Shown here piece after piece: positions 17,881 to 27,213 of a stretch of DNA of 64,000 nucleotides. The stretch's first letter is position 1. Every line of letters begins with the position of its first letter. The position numbers and the translations under genes are program-made. Below the pieces are notes generated by a model. It did not search any database and was not told the origin of the DNA. It saw only the letters and a list, made by a program, of their open reading frames with translations. The stretch is from Synergistales bacterium (GTDB taxonomy: Bacteria; Synergistota; Synergistia; Synergistales; JAFGMB01), in the NCBI GenBank assembly GCA_963666205.1, contig OY762654.1, positions 2,464,001 to 2,528,000 of the forward strand. The letters are read 5' to 3'.

Positions 17881-18917
17881 TGAACCTTTTAACTTCCATT
17901 GCGGAGAGAGGATTTGTACCAGACAGACTTATCAGGTCCGGGATAAGGTGCAGACTGAGAAAAATACTTCAGGATCATGAAATGTTAAACACTGATCATC
18001 CCGATCAGATTGAATCTTTCCTGGATGAAATGGAGAAGGAGTCCATTGCTCCTTCTCCAGAAAAGGCAAATCATCAGCACTACGATCTTCCTCCAGAATT
18101 TTTCAGTTCTTTTCTTGGACAAAGGATGAAATACAGCTGCTGCTTCTGGGGATCCGGAGCCCGAAACCTCAACAGGGCAGAGGATGCTATGCTCGAGCTT
18201 ACATGTAGGAGGGCCGGGATAATAAACGGACAGTCCCTGCTTGATCTGGGGTGCGGATGGGGATCCCTTTCCTTTTATATGGCTGAAAAGTATCCTGATT
18301 CCACGATACTGGCAGTTTCAAATTCAAGGGAACAGGTAGAGTTTGTTCTTCAGGAAACTGCACAAAGGGGTCTGAAAAATCTTGATGCAGTTATTGGAGA
18401 AGTTTCTTCATTCCACCCGAATGAAAGGTTTGATAAAATTATTTCAATAGAGATGTTTGAACACATGAGGAACTGGAAAACCCTTTTTAAGAGGATTGCC
18501 TCCTGGCTTAACCCGAATGGCTTGTTTTTCTGCCATTTTTTTTGTAATTGCAGATATCCCTATTTTTTCAGATCAGAGGAGAAGTCTGAGTGGATGGGGC
18601 ATTATTTTTTCACAGGAGGAATGATGCCGAGTTTTTTCCTTCCGACTTTTTTTCAGGAGGACCTCCATGTTATAAAAAGCTGGAAGGTTAGCGGAAACGA
18701 TTATTCAAAGACCCTTGAAGTCTGGCTCAGGAATCTGGATGATAATAAAGATGTAACCAGATCGATCCTGGAAGGTTACTACGGAAAAAATAGAGTGGAT
18801 CTATGGTTTCAGAGGTGGAGAATATTTCTGCTTGCATGCAGTGAACTTTTTTCTTATAACGAAGGTCAGGAGTGGTATGTTGCCCATTATTTAATGGAAC
18901 ATGCCAGAGAAAGTTAA
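17880..18917 (+). CDS. Class I SAM-dependent methyltransferase, cyclopropane-fatty-acyl-phospholipid synthase-like
   Basis: AN.QHYD.P.EFF, MKYSCC, LDLGCGWGSL, SIEMFEHM.N, FFTGG.MPS motifs. Confidence 0.9.
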   Translation: MNLLTSIAERGFVPDRLIRSGIRCRLRKILQDHEMLNTDHPDQIESFLDEMEKESIAPSPEKANHQHYDLPPEFFSSFLGQRMKYSCCFWGSGARNLNRAEDAMLELTCRRAGIINGQSLLDLGCGWGSLSFYMAEKYPDSTILAVSNSREQVEFVLQETAQRGLKNLDAVIGEVSSFHPNERFDKIISIEMFEHMRNWKTLFKRIASWLNPNGLFFCHFFCNCRYPYFFRSEEKSEWMGHYFFTGGMMPSFFLPTFFQEDLHVIKSWKVSGNDYSKTLEVWLRNLDDNKDVTRSILEGYYGKNRVDLWFQRWRIFLLACSELFSYNEGQEWYVAHYLMEHARES

Positions 18918-18932
18918 CTTTGAGGAGGGCCT

Positions 18933-20720
18933 ATGGGAAAAATAACCCATGTTGACGGAATTCATTTGCGATATGCTTTTCAAGCTGGTACCAGATGTCT
19001 GGGATCAAGCAGAGAGCATCTTAATCTGATCAATGTTTTCCCGGTCCCTGATGGGGATACTGGAACCAATATGTTTTCCACCATGAGTTATATATCCAGC
19101 CATGCTATTTTTTCAAGGTCTTTTTCAAGGACTTTTATTTCTATAGCAGAGACTGCTCTTCTTGGAGCAAGGGGAAATTCAGGGCTCATACTGGCACAAT
19201 ATCTTTATGGCCTGAGCCAGGTCTTTGACGGACATGAAAGGATATCTACAAAGGATTTCGGTCAGGGTGTCATGTTAGCTTTCCCATTCGCCTTACAGGC
19301 TCTTTCAAAACCGGAAGAGGGAACTATCATAACTGTTCTACGGGAATGGAGCCAGGCAGTAGATGAATTAAGCAGGGTTTCCCAGGATTTCATGGATGTT
19401 CTGGATCTTTCCCTTGAAACTGCCCGTCGTTCTTTGTCCCAGACCACAGAAAAACTTAAACCCCTTAAAGATGCAGGAGTTGTAGATGCCGGAGCTCTGG
19501 GTTTTGTCCGTTTTATTCAGGGGATCCTGGAATCAGGTAAAGATCGAACTACTATCTGTTATCCTTCAGATGACGGAACAATATCCCGTAATTACCTGAA
19601 ACATTCCAGCCATGATGAGTCTACTTCCTTCAGATACTGTACGGAAATATTTCTTGAAGGGATTGAAGATCTTCCTGTAGAAAAAATAAGGGAAGATCTT
19701 TCCAGGAAGGGAGATTCTCTTGTTATAAGCGGGGCAGATAAACGTCTGAGAATACATATCCATACAAATGAGCCTTCTGAAATAGCAGTTTCGCTCAAAA
19801 AATGGGGTGATCTGACCCATCAGAAGGTGGATGATATGTACAGACAGCAGAAATCTCTCTTGATCAATAATTCCCGCAATAAAGTAGCACTTCTTACCGA
19901 TTCTGCCTGCGATCTTCCACAGGAGATCCTGGATAGTTATAACATTCATGTTATACCCATGAAACTGACCATAGGTAAGGATGAATATCTGGATAAACTG
20001 ACAATAAAACCGGAACAGGTTTACAGACGGATGAATTCATCCGATGTTTTTCCTGTAAGCTCCATGCCCAGTCAAGGAGAATTTATGGAGATCTATTCGA
20101 AACTACTTGAGATTTACGATTCAGTGATAGCCATCCACCTTTCAGATAAACTGAGTGGAACCTTCAATGCCAGTTATCAGGCTGCATCAGGTCTTGGTAT
20201 GCTTCAAAGGGTCAGTGTCATAAATTCTAGAAATCTATGTGTTTCCCTTGGCCTGATAGTCCTTGAGGCTGCTTCAGCTCTTGGAAATGGTTGCGACCAC
20301 CGAGAAGTTGTCCGCATTGTAAATACCTCACTCGAGAGGGCTTTTATATATGTCAGCCTGGCAGATCTGAAGTACATGGTCCGGGGAGGAAGAATAAGCC
20401 CCATGAAGGGACATATTGCCCGTTTTCTCAACCTGAAACCAGTCATATCGGTCGATAAAGAGGGTAAGGGTATACATTGCGGCAAGGTCTGCGGAAGAAA
20501 TGCTAATCTCTCCAGAATAAGAGATCTATTCATGAGGCATTGGGTAGAGGGCAAAGTATCTCGCTATGCAGTTGTTCATGCAGGTGCAGAGGCGGAAGCA
20601 GCGGAATTCGCAGAAAAATTGTTTGAACTTACAGGAAAAAGAGTAGAGTACATAATGGAGATATCCCCGGTTATAGGTATCAACTCGGGACCAGGCTCAT
20701 TGGCTGTCGGAGGGGTTTAA
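18933..20720 (+). CDS. DAK2 (FakA-like)-DegV (FakB-like) fusion protein
   Basis: LN.INVFPVPDGDTGTN, GARGNSG.I, VVDAG, then TDS.CDLP, SDKLSGT, GGRIS, LKP.I motifs. Confidence 0.9.
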   Translation: MGKITHVDGIHLRYAFQAGTRCLGSSREHLNLINVFPVPDGDTGTNMFSTMSYISSHAIFSRSFSRTFISIAETALLGARGNSGLILAQYLYGLSQVFDGHERISTKDFGQGVMLAFPFALQALSKPEEGTIITVLREWSQAVDELSRVSQDFMDVLDLSLETARRSLSQTTEKLKPLKDAGVVDAGALGFVRFIQGILESGKDRTTICYPSDDGTISRNYLKHSSHDESTSFRYCTEIFLEGIEDLPVEKIREDLSRKGDSLVISGADKRLRIHIHTNEPSEIAVSLKKWGDLTHQKVDDMYRQQKSLLINNSRNKVALLTDSACDLPQEILDSYNIHVIPMKLTIGKDEYLDKLTIKPEQVYRRMNSSDVFPVSSMPSQGEFMEIYSKLLEIYDSVIAIHLSDKLSGTFNASYQAASGLGMLQRVSVINSRNLCVSLGLIVLEAASALGNGCDHREVVRIVNTSLERAFIYVSLADLKYMVRGGRISPMKGHIARFLNLKPVISVDKEGKGIHCGKVCGRNANLSRIRDLFMRHWVEGKVSRYAVVHAGAEAEAAEFAEKLFELTGKRVEYIMEISPVIGINSGPGSLAVGGV

Positions 20721-20888
20721 ACTGATCCTGGTAGTATCTGTCATTGAATGAATCCACACCCGGGAGGGGAATTTCAAGTATTAAGCAGTATGGCGGCGTA
20801 ATACCTGTACAGGCACTGTTTTCCAAGGCCAGTAGTCTATAAATGCCTCTGACCTCAAATATATAGCACTATATACCGAGGGGGTATC

Positions 20889-20917
20889 TTGACACAAATG
20901 TTCTTATGAACTAATAT
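20889..20917 (+). promoter_or_regulatory. Sigma70-type promoter for the candidate ncRNA
   Basis: TTGACA (20889-20894), 17-nt spacer, TAATAT (20912-20917). Confidence 0.7.
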
Positions 20918-20920
20918 ATA

Positions 20921-21325
20921 GATGCCAGGACAAAGAAGGCGAAAGTTCAGTGGAAGTAGTTCTTGGCATTGCCGGGTTATCTGGATTTTTTGCAGTAGAT
21001 CCAATGTACCAGATGTACGGCACAAAGAAACGAAAAGTTGTAAGTTTTACGAGTAGATTGTAGGGTAATCAGGTTAGTGTAAGTGAAGGAGTTGTTAGTT
21101 TGGAGCAACACTTTTCAAACCAGATAACCCGGCCTATTTGCAAAGGAGGGAACCGGAAAATAGGAATAAGATCAGTTCCCGTTACCGAAAAACCGAATAT
21201 GGACATATTGACAGGGTGACGAACCCTGGGAGAGCTGCATAAGGCTCAGAGCAGTCCGTGAGTTAGCCGGGCTTGTCTCAGAAAAACAGATCAGGGAGGG
21301 CGGTTTTTACCGTCCTCCCTTTTAT
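20921..21325 (+). ncRNA. Candidate large structured non-coding RNA (~400 nt), family not recognised
   Basis: Own promoter and terminator; perfect 14-bp long-range helix 20971-20984/21120-21133; 5' helix; possible pseudoknot; several hairpins; no ORF of 60 aa or more in the track. Confidence 0.6.
21293..21324 (+). terminator. Rho-independent terminator (U-tail on + strand; may also serve the convergent usp gene)
   Basis: AGGGAGGGCGGT-tttt-ACCGTCCTCCCT-TTTATT. Confidence 0.85.
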
Positions 21326-21771
21326 TATTTCTTTTCAGGCTGATATACAAGAACTGAGCAGGGAGAATGCCTTACCACTTTTGCTGCTACGCTTCCTATG
21401 AAGAACTGTGACAGATCAGATAATCCCCTGTTTCCTATCAGAATGATCTGATAATTCTCCTTCTCAGCCCTGATTATGATCTCTTCACAGGGTATTCCAT
21501 ATGTTATTATGAAATTGTATGGAGTGGTCAGACCTTCCAAATCCTTAACAGATTCTTCAACAAGAGCAGCAAATTTTTTTCGAAGATCTTCCTCTGTGAG
21601 GGGTGCGGTTTTTCCCTCAGCATCCCATCCATCAACCCTATGTGTCTTTTTCCCCCAGACATGGATAAAATCAAGATGGTCTATATCATTTCGTTCAGCG
21701 TATTTAAATGAATATTTAACCAGAGCTTTACTTGTTTGACTGTAGTCTACTGCAACCAGAGCCTTTTTCAC
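21325..21771 (-). CDS. Universal stress protein (UspA family)
   Basis: KK.LVAVD.S, G.P.EEI, IGNRGLS, F.IGSVA.KVVRHSPCSVLV motifs. Confidence 0.93.
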   Translation of the reverse strand: MKKALVAVDYSQTSKALVKYSFKYAERNDIDHLDFIHVWGKKTHRVDGWDAEGKTAPLTEEDLRKKFAALVEESVKDLEGLTTPYNFIITYGIPCEEIIIRAEKENYQIILIGNRGLSDLSQFFIGSVAAKVVRHSPCSVLVYQPEKK

Positions 21772-22000
21772 AAATATTACCTCCCTCTTTACACTCTACC
21801 TGATTATTATACGACAGTTTATCCAATTCCATTTAAAACTTATTCTTCATGGAAAATAGAAGGTGTTTTTTTGTCTTAAATTCCTCATGACGCCAGACTA
21901 ACGTGGTAATATAGTGTAAAATACATTATAAATAAAGAATTTATTCAAGGGGATTATTTCAGGAACCTTTTCCCAAGCCTTATATGAGAGGTGAATCGAC

Positions 22001-22336
22001 ATGGATAAGATGGATAGAAATGAATTTGAACAGTATTCATTATTACGTAAAAAACTGGAGCTACGTTGTGAGCAGTTATGTCATGTTTATGTAGAGCAAT
22101 ATTATAATCTCGAGAAGGATGACAGGCAGATATTTATTACTAATCTTGAAATTGGGAAAAGCGGACGCATTCTTATCCAGTATGTTGATGGGGATATGGA
22201 GGAAAAACTTTATCTTCCTCCCGAATATCTATGGAGAACCGATGAAGAGGTAAGGGTATTAATGTCCATTGACAAGGAGAAAAAGGAGGTATCTCTCAGA
22301 GAGCATCGAGAAGAGCATCGCAAAAAAGATGATTAA
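22001..22336 (+). CDS. Hypothetical protein
   Basis: 111-aa ORF with strong RBS (GAGGTGA); no recognisable motif. Confidence 0.65.
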   Translation: MDKMDRNEFEQYSLLRKKLELRCEQLCHVYVEQYYNLEKDDRQIFITNLEIGKSGRILIQYVDGDMEEKLYLPPEYLWRTDEEVRVLMSIDKEKKEVSLREHREEHRKKDD

Positions 22337-22384
22337 CAGGTGCTTCCTGCTATAGTCGATCCGGTATTTTTCTGGAGGAATAGA

Positions 22385-22830
22385 ATGAAAAAAACCAATG
22401 CTGTCAGGTTGGTTGAAAAGCTGGGGATGAATGTTGATGTTTCTGTGTATCCGGTGGGTGATTCGGATCTCAGCGCTGTTAGTGTAGCGGGTAGATCAGG
22501 CATAGCAGGTTAGCGTATTTTTAATACCCTCGTTGTCAGTATTGATAAAGGAGTAATACTTCTTCCCTGTATTCCTGGAGACAGGGAACTGGATCTCAAG
22601 GCCTTTGCCGGGGCAAACGGCAACAAGAATGTGTAAATGGTTCATATGAAAGAGATCCAGGCTCTCACAGGTTGCATTCGTGGAAGAGTTTCACCCCTTG
22701 GTACCAAAAAGGATTACACTTTGTTATAGATCAAAGCATAATGGATCAACCTTCTATAATATGTTGGTGCAGGTAAAAGGGGACTTAAGATGCTTATCGC
22801 TCCTGAGGATCTTCTAAAGGCTTCAATGTG
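22385..22830 (+). pseudogene. ybaK: Degraded Cys-tRNA(Pro) deacylase YbaK/EbsC
   Basis: MKKTNAVR..., IF.TLVV, IPGDRELDLKA, TG.IRG.VSPLG.KK, and VGAGKRGL...APEDL in a shifted frame. In-frame stops TAG 22511 and TAA 22634, plus frameshifts. Confidence 0.88.
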
Positions 22831-22893
22831 AAGGCTTTGTTCGATCGTGTCCAAAAAATAAACTTTTCAATTCGGGTTAGAAAGGGTAAGGGG

Positions 22894-23307
22894 ATGAAAA
22901 ACAATCTGTTTCTTCTTGGAGTTTGCTGCCTGATCTTTTCAGTTACCCGTTGTCACGCAGGTTCTGCTATTCTTGAGGGTGATTTCAGAGAAGTCTTTGT
23001 GAATGAAGAAAATTCATGGTATCTTGATATGGGAAAATTAAAGCCTCTTGTCCTCCCTGAAGGAGAAAATGGATGGGAGGTTTATTTAAAACGTGATTAC
23101 AAAACTGGAGCTGTAACAGAGGTTTATCAGGTTCTCTTCAAGAAAAATCCCCCCTCTTTCAAGCTGCTTGATTCCTATGTGTTTGATATTGATGGAGATC
23201 TAGTGGATCAGTGAAGTATCCAGTCGGATTGGGTCCAGTGGAGACCTGTTGAAAAGGATTCTGTTGAAGAACATGTTTTCCGGATATTGATGGACCTGGA
23301 TCTTTGA
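22894..23307 (+). CDS. Secreted hypothetical protein interrupted by an in-frame TGA at 23212-23214 (pseudogene or readthrough)
   Basis: Signal peptide MKNNLFLLGVCCLIF...; the frame continues for 30 plausible codons after the TGA (SIQSDWVQWRPVEKDSVEEHVFRILMDLDL). Confidence 0.5.
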
Positions 23308-23454
23308 TCTCTTTTGTGTTTTTGGTTATTATCCGTGGCTCCTGGCTTTATCGTGTATATGAACTGATCTTTTATAGCAAAAATGTCCATAAAAATTAAT
23401 GGTTATAAAATTGTTCCCAATCTACATATCTTTCTTTCTGAGAGGCGATCTCCC

Positions 23455-24366
23455 TTGGCTGAAGCAATGATTATAGATGGGCATGCCCTTGCCTTTAGAG
23501 CGTTTTTTGGTTGTTCCTTTCCCCCTTCTTCTCCTTCGGGAGTACCGGTGAATGCCCTTTACGGCTTCGGTTCAATCCTCGTCAGTTTTCTTGAAAGATG
23601 GGATCCCGACATGGTAAGTTTCGTCTTTGACAGCCCGGGACCAAAGTTCCGCAATGAAATGTATTCTGAATATAAGGCCAACAGGCCGAAGGCCCCGGAG
23701 GATTTTATTGTCCAGTTACCTCTTATTATTGATTTTATAAAATGTCTGGGGTTCCCCGTCCTTTCCATAGGGGGGATAGAGGCAGATGATGTCATAGCAT
23801 CCCTTGCCATAAGTCTTTCAAATGATGGGAACAGGGTAAGGATAATGTCCCCGGATAAGGATTTCTGCCAGATCCTTGATGAAGGAGATATCGTTCTTAC
23901 GAGGCCTCCTGCGGGGAAATACTGTGATTACAGAGATGTCGATGCCCCTTCTTTCAGGAGTGAATTCGGTTTTGCCCCTCCATTGATGGTGGACTACCTT
24001 GCTCTTCTGGGGGATCGTGCTGACAATGTTCCCGGAGTAAGGGGAATAGGAAAGAAAGGTGCTCTGAAACTTGTACAGGATCATGGGGGTATTGAGCAGA
24101 TATATGAAAACCTTTCGAGCCTTACCCTTCCGGTAAGAACCAGACTGGAACAGGGTCGTGATTCAGCCTTCCTGTCCAGGGACCTGATCCGGTTGAAAAC
24201 AGGAGTGGATATTCAGGAAAGGCCCTGCACACCATGTAATTGCGACAGAGACAGGCTCAAAGAATTCTGCTCCGAAAATAATGTCTACAGGTTATATGAA
24301 AGATGTGTAAATTCTTCCATGAAACATTCCATTGAGAAAATAGAAGAGGAAGTCCTCTATATCTAG
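23455..24366 (+). CDS. Stand-alone 5'-3' exonuclease/flap endonuclease (PolA N-terminal-like)
   Basis: IIDGH..AFRAFF, FD.....FR...Y.EYKANR, EADDVIA, DKD..Q, LLGD.ADNVPGV.GIG.K.A motifs; no polymerase domain. Confidence 0.9.
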   Translation: MAEAMIIDGHALAFRAFFGCSFPPSSPSGVPVNALYGFGSILVSFLERWDPDMVSFVFDSPGPKFRNEMYSEYKANRPKAPEDFIVQLPLIIDFIKCLGFPVLSIGGIEADDVIASLAISLSNDGNRVRIMSPDKDFCQILDEGDIVLTRPPAGKYCDYRDVDAPSFRSEFGFAPPLMVDYLALLGDRADNVPGVRGIGKKGALKLVQDHGGIEQIYENLSSLTLPVRTRLEQGRDSAFLSRDLIRLKTGVDIQERPCTPCNCDRDRLKEFCSENNVYRLYERCVNSSMKHSIEKIEEEVLYI

Positions 24367-24500
24367 CTTTATTCTGTATATTCATAAACCCTCTGTTTCC
24401 TGGTATATCTTCAGAAAAAGAGTATTTAAGGGATTTTTTTATAGTGTTATGATTGAAGATCCTGAAGATCATATAAGCTTAAGCCATTAGATTTTACGGG

Positions 24501-25877
24501 GTGTATGAAATGGATAAAACTGAAAGAATGGGGAACAGGCCGATACCTGAGTTGCTTTTACACTTCGCAGCTCCTGCAATTACCGGGCTGATCGTAAATG
24601 CTCTCTACAATATAGTGGACAGGATCTTTATCGGTCATGCCGTGGGGCCCGCCGGAATCGCTGCCATTACAGTTTCCTTTCCTTTCATGATGGCTGTTAT
24701 AGCCTATGGGATACTTGTAGGAGTGGGTTCTTCCTCCCTTATCTCAATTTTTCTTGGTGAAAAGAATATAGAAAAAGCCGAATCCGTTCTGGGTAACGGT
24801 GTCCTGCTGATACTGGCAGGGGGTTTACTCTGTGCCCTTGCAGGGGCCTTTTCCCTTGATGCTGTTCTGAAACTCAGTGGAGCCAGCGAATATATCCTGC
24901 CTTACGGTAGAACATACCTCGGTATAATACTTTTTGGTATTCCCTTTTCGAGCATCAGTTTCGGTTTTAATTATTTCATTCGGGCAGAGGGCAGACCCGA
25001 TCATGCCATGTTCACCCTTATCATAGGAGCTGTCCTTAATATAATCCTTGATTGGCTTTTTATCATAGTCTTTTCCATGGGAATAGCAGGTGCTGCCTTT
25101 GCAACGGTTCTTGCCCAGGTAGCTGCTTCATGCTGGGTATTCTCATTTTACTTTGGTCACAAGGGTAACCTCCATATTCGCCTGATGGCACTTTTCCCCC
25201 GAAAAGAGATCATGAAGAAGATCCTGATAATAGGAGCATCTCCATTTCTCATGGAAATGACCTTTACTGTGATCCTTATCCTTTTCAACAGGGTGATCTA
25301 TGCGTATGGAGGAGATATTGCTATATCTGCAGTCGGAATATTCTTCAGCCTTGATTCCCTGCTTTTTCTACCTGTCCTTGGAATAGGAGAAGGCCTTCAA
25401 CCCCTGGTAGGCTATAACTATGGTGCCAGGGTCTACTCCAGGGTCATCCATGCTGTTAAACTGGCCATGATGAGTGCTGTCGGGTTTTTCCTGATAAGTT
25501 TCACAATTATCATGTTGTTTCCCTATCCCCTGGTCCATCTCTTCAATACGACAAGCGAGGAGCTGATCGACCTCACCATCAGGGGTATGCGTCTTGGCTA
25601 TATGGGGCTTCCAGTGGCAGGAGTGACCATTATAACAAGTTTCACTCTGCAGGCTTTAGGAAAGGCAAGGGAAAGTCTGATCCTTAACATTTTCAGGCAG
25701 GTCATTTTTTTTATTCCCTGTCTGATAATACTTCCGAAATATGTCGGGCTGGATGGAGTATGGCTGTCTCTCCCCGTTTCAGATGTTCTAGGAGGAATTC
25801 TGGCAGGAATAATTATCAAACAGGAGATAGGGTCAATGAGAAAGAAAGAGAGGGCTTTATTTTCCAGAGTGACATAA
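24501..25877 (+). CDS. MATE family efflux transporter (MepA-like)
   Basis: NALYNIVDRIFIG, IRAEG, NIILD.LFI..F.MGI.GAA.AT, QPLVGYNYGA motifs. Confidence 0.93.
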   Translation: MYEMDKTERMGNRPIPELLLHFAAPAITGLIVNALYNIVDRIFIGHAVGPAGIAAITVSFPFMMAVIAYGILVGVGSSSLISIFLGEKNIEKAESVLGNGVLLILAGGLLCALAGAFSLDAVLKLSGASEYILPYGRTYLGIILFGIPFSSISFGFNYFIRAEGRPDHAMFTLIIGAVLNIILDWLFIIVFSMGIAGAAFATVLAQVAASCWVFSFYFGHKGNLHIRLMALFPRKEIMKKILIIGASPFLMEMTFTVILILFNRVIYAYGGDIAISAVGIFFSLDSLLFLPVLGIGEGLQPLVGYNYGARVYSRVIHAVKLAMMSAVGFFLISFTIIMLFPYPLVHLFNTTSEELIDLTIRGMRLGYMGLPVAGVTIITSFTLQALGKARESLILNIFRQVIFFIPCLIILPKYVGLDGVWLSLPVSDVLGGILAGIIIKQEIGSMRKKERALFSRVT

Positions 25878-25894
25878 CAGTTTTTATGCAGAAG

Positions 25895-26077
25895 TCAAAG
25901 AATTTCAAAGGAGATCGCTTTTACAGGACATGTCCTTATGCACCTTCCGCAACCCAGGCATTTCCTGTAATCTTCAATAATCTCTCTTTCAGAGAAAGTA
26001 AAACATCCGGCAGGACATACTTCGGCACAGGTCCTGCAGCCGGTACATTTATCAGTATCCAGAATAGGGATAGCCAA
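25895..26077 (-). CDS. 2[4Fe-4S] ferredoxin
   Basis: CTGCRTCAEVCP and CLGCGRCIRTCP motifs. TTG start assumed at 26077 (track start 26107). Confidence 0.88.
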   Translation of the reverse strand: MAIPILDTDKCTGCRTCAEVCPAGCFTFSEREIIEDYRKCLGCGRCIRTCPVKAISFEIL

Positions 26078-26139
26078 GGTTTGATCACCAGCCTTTCCAG
26101 GTGCCAAGGATAAAGGCTCTGCTTCCTTTGGTCAATATC

Positions 26140-27153
26140 TCAGCTATCCTTTAAATTTACGATTATTCTCCCTGATGATCTGCCTTCAAGCATCTGAAAG
26201 ATATATTTCTCAAGTTCATCAAGATATATTTCCCTGACCCTCTGCAGGAGTTCACAGGGTTTCCATGTCGTTGAAAGCTTCTGCCATATACTTGTCTTAA
26301 GTTCCAGTGGACTTTCTGCCGAGGCTATTCCCAGAAGGCTCACTCCCCTGATTATGAAAGGGTATACGGTCAGTCCACTCAGTGATGCACCAGCCACATT
26401 CCCGCAAGTGGTAACTACTCCTCCATATTTTGTTGATTTCAGGGCAGAAACCAGCACTGGTCCCCCAACTGTATCAATTACACCTGCCCATCTTGAAGAA
26501 AGTAGGCCCTTTTCAATATTGTCTACCAGATCCTCTGGAGTAAGTATCCTGTTTATTCCTATTCTTTCAAGAAAAGCTGTGTCTTTCCCCCCAGGAATCA
26601 GGGCAACGACCTGATAACCTTCTTTTTTTAGAATAACAGCGGCGTGGCTCCCCACACCGCCAGTCGTTCCTGTTACCAGGATTTCCCCATCATCGGGTCG
26701 TATCCCGCTATCCATAAGCTTTTTGACAGAAAGAGCCCCTGCGAATCCAGCTGTTCCTATGGCCATAGCCTCCCATGGTGTAATCAGACCCGGAAGCCTG
26801 AGAGCCCAACTGGAGGGAATACTGATATATTGTCCGAATCCTCCAGGAGTGTTCATACCCAGATCATATCCCGTTACCATAACCATGTCTCCTGGAGAAA
26901 AAGCATCATCTATGCTTTTTATAACTTCTCCGGAAGCATCTACACCGGGAGTATGAGGATACCTCCTGGTGATACCTTTATTACCTGTTGCCGAAAGGGC
27001 ATCTTTATAATTCAGTGATGAGTAATGGACCCTGATCAGAAGATCTCCCGGAGGAAGATCTTCTGTTGTCCTGTAACCGGTAGATCTTTGGAATGAACCA
27101 TCGGACATCTCCGTCACTACGAAGGCTTTATATGTTATATTCAGGGTAATCAA
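26140..27153 (-). CDS. YhdH/YhfP family oxidoreductase (acryloyl-CoA reductase AcuI-like, MDR family)
   Basis: YSSLNYKDAL, YP..PG.D..G, AMAIGTAGF, VTG.TGGVGS, TV.PFI.RGVSLLGI motifs. Confidence 0.9.
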   Translation of the reverse strand: MITLNITYKAFVVTEMSDGSFQRSTGYRTTEDLPPGDLLIRVHYSSLNYKDALSATGNKGITRRYPHTPGVDASGEVIKSIDDAFSPGDMVMVTGYDLGMNTPGGFGQYISIPSSWALRLPGLITPWEAMAIGTAGFAGALSVKKLMDSGIRPDDGEILVTGTTGGVGSHAAVILKKEGYQVVALIPGGKDTAFLERIGINRILTPEDLVDNIEKGLLSSRWAGVIDTVGGPVLVSALKSTKYGGVVTTCGNVAGASLSGLTVYPFIIRGVSLLGIASAESPLELKTSIWQKLSTTWKPCELLQRVREIYLDELEKYIFQMLEGRSSGRIIVNLKDS

Positions 27154-27213
27154 CCTCCTATTTTAAATGATGTGTTAAAGTAATATCTGAATTTTACAGG
27201 GGAGGTCATTAAA

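Noticed and set aside
21117-21137. AACCAGATAACCCGGCCTA resembling the RNase P RNA 3' conserved region
   Set aside because: No GAGGAAAGUCC-type 5' partner on either strand; the segment instead pairs perfectly with 20971-20984.
21260-21274. GAGTTAGCCGGGCTT resembles the reverse complement of a conserved 16S rRNA segment (AAGCCCCGGCTAACT)
   Set aside because: The match is short and imperfect, with no flanking rRNA similarity; it cannot be distinguished from chance.
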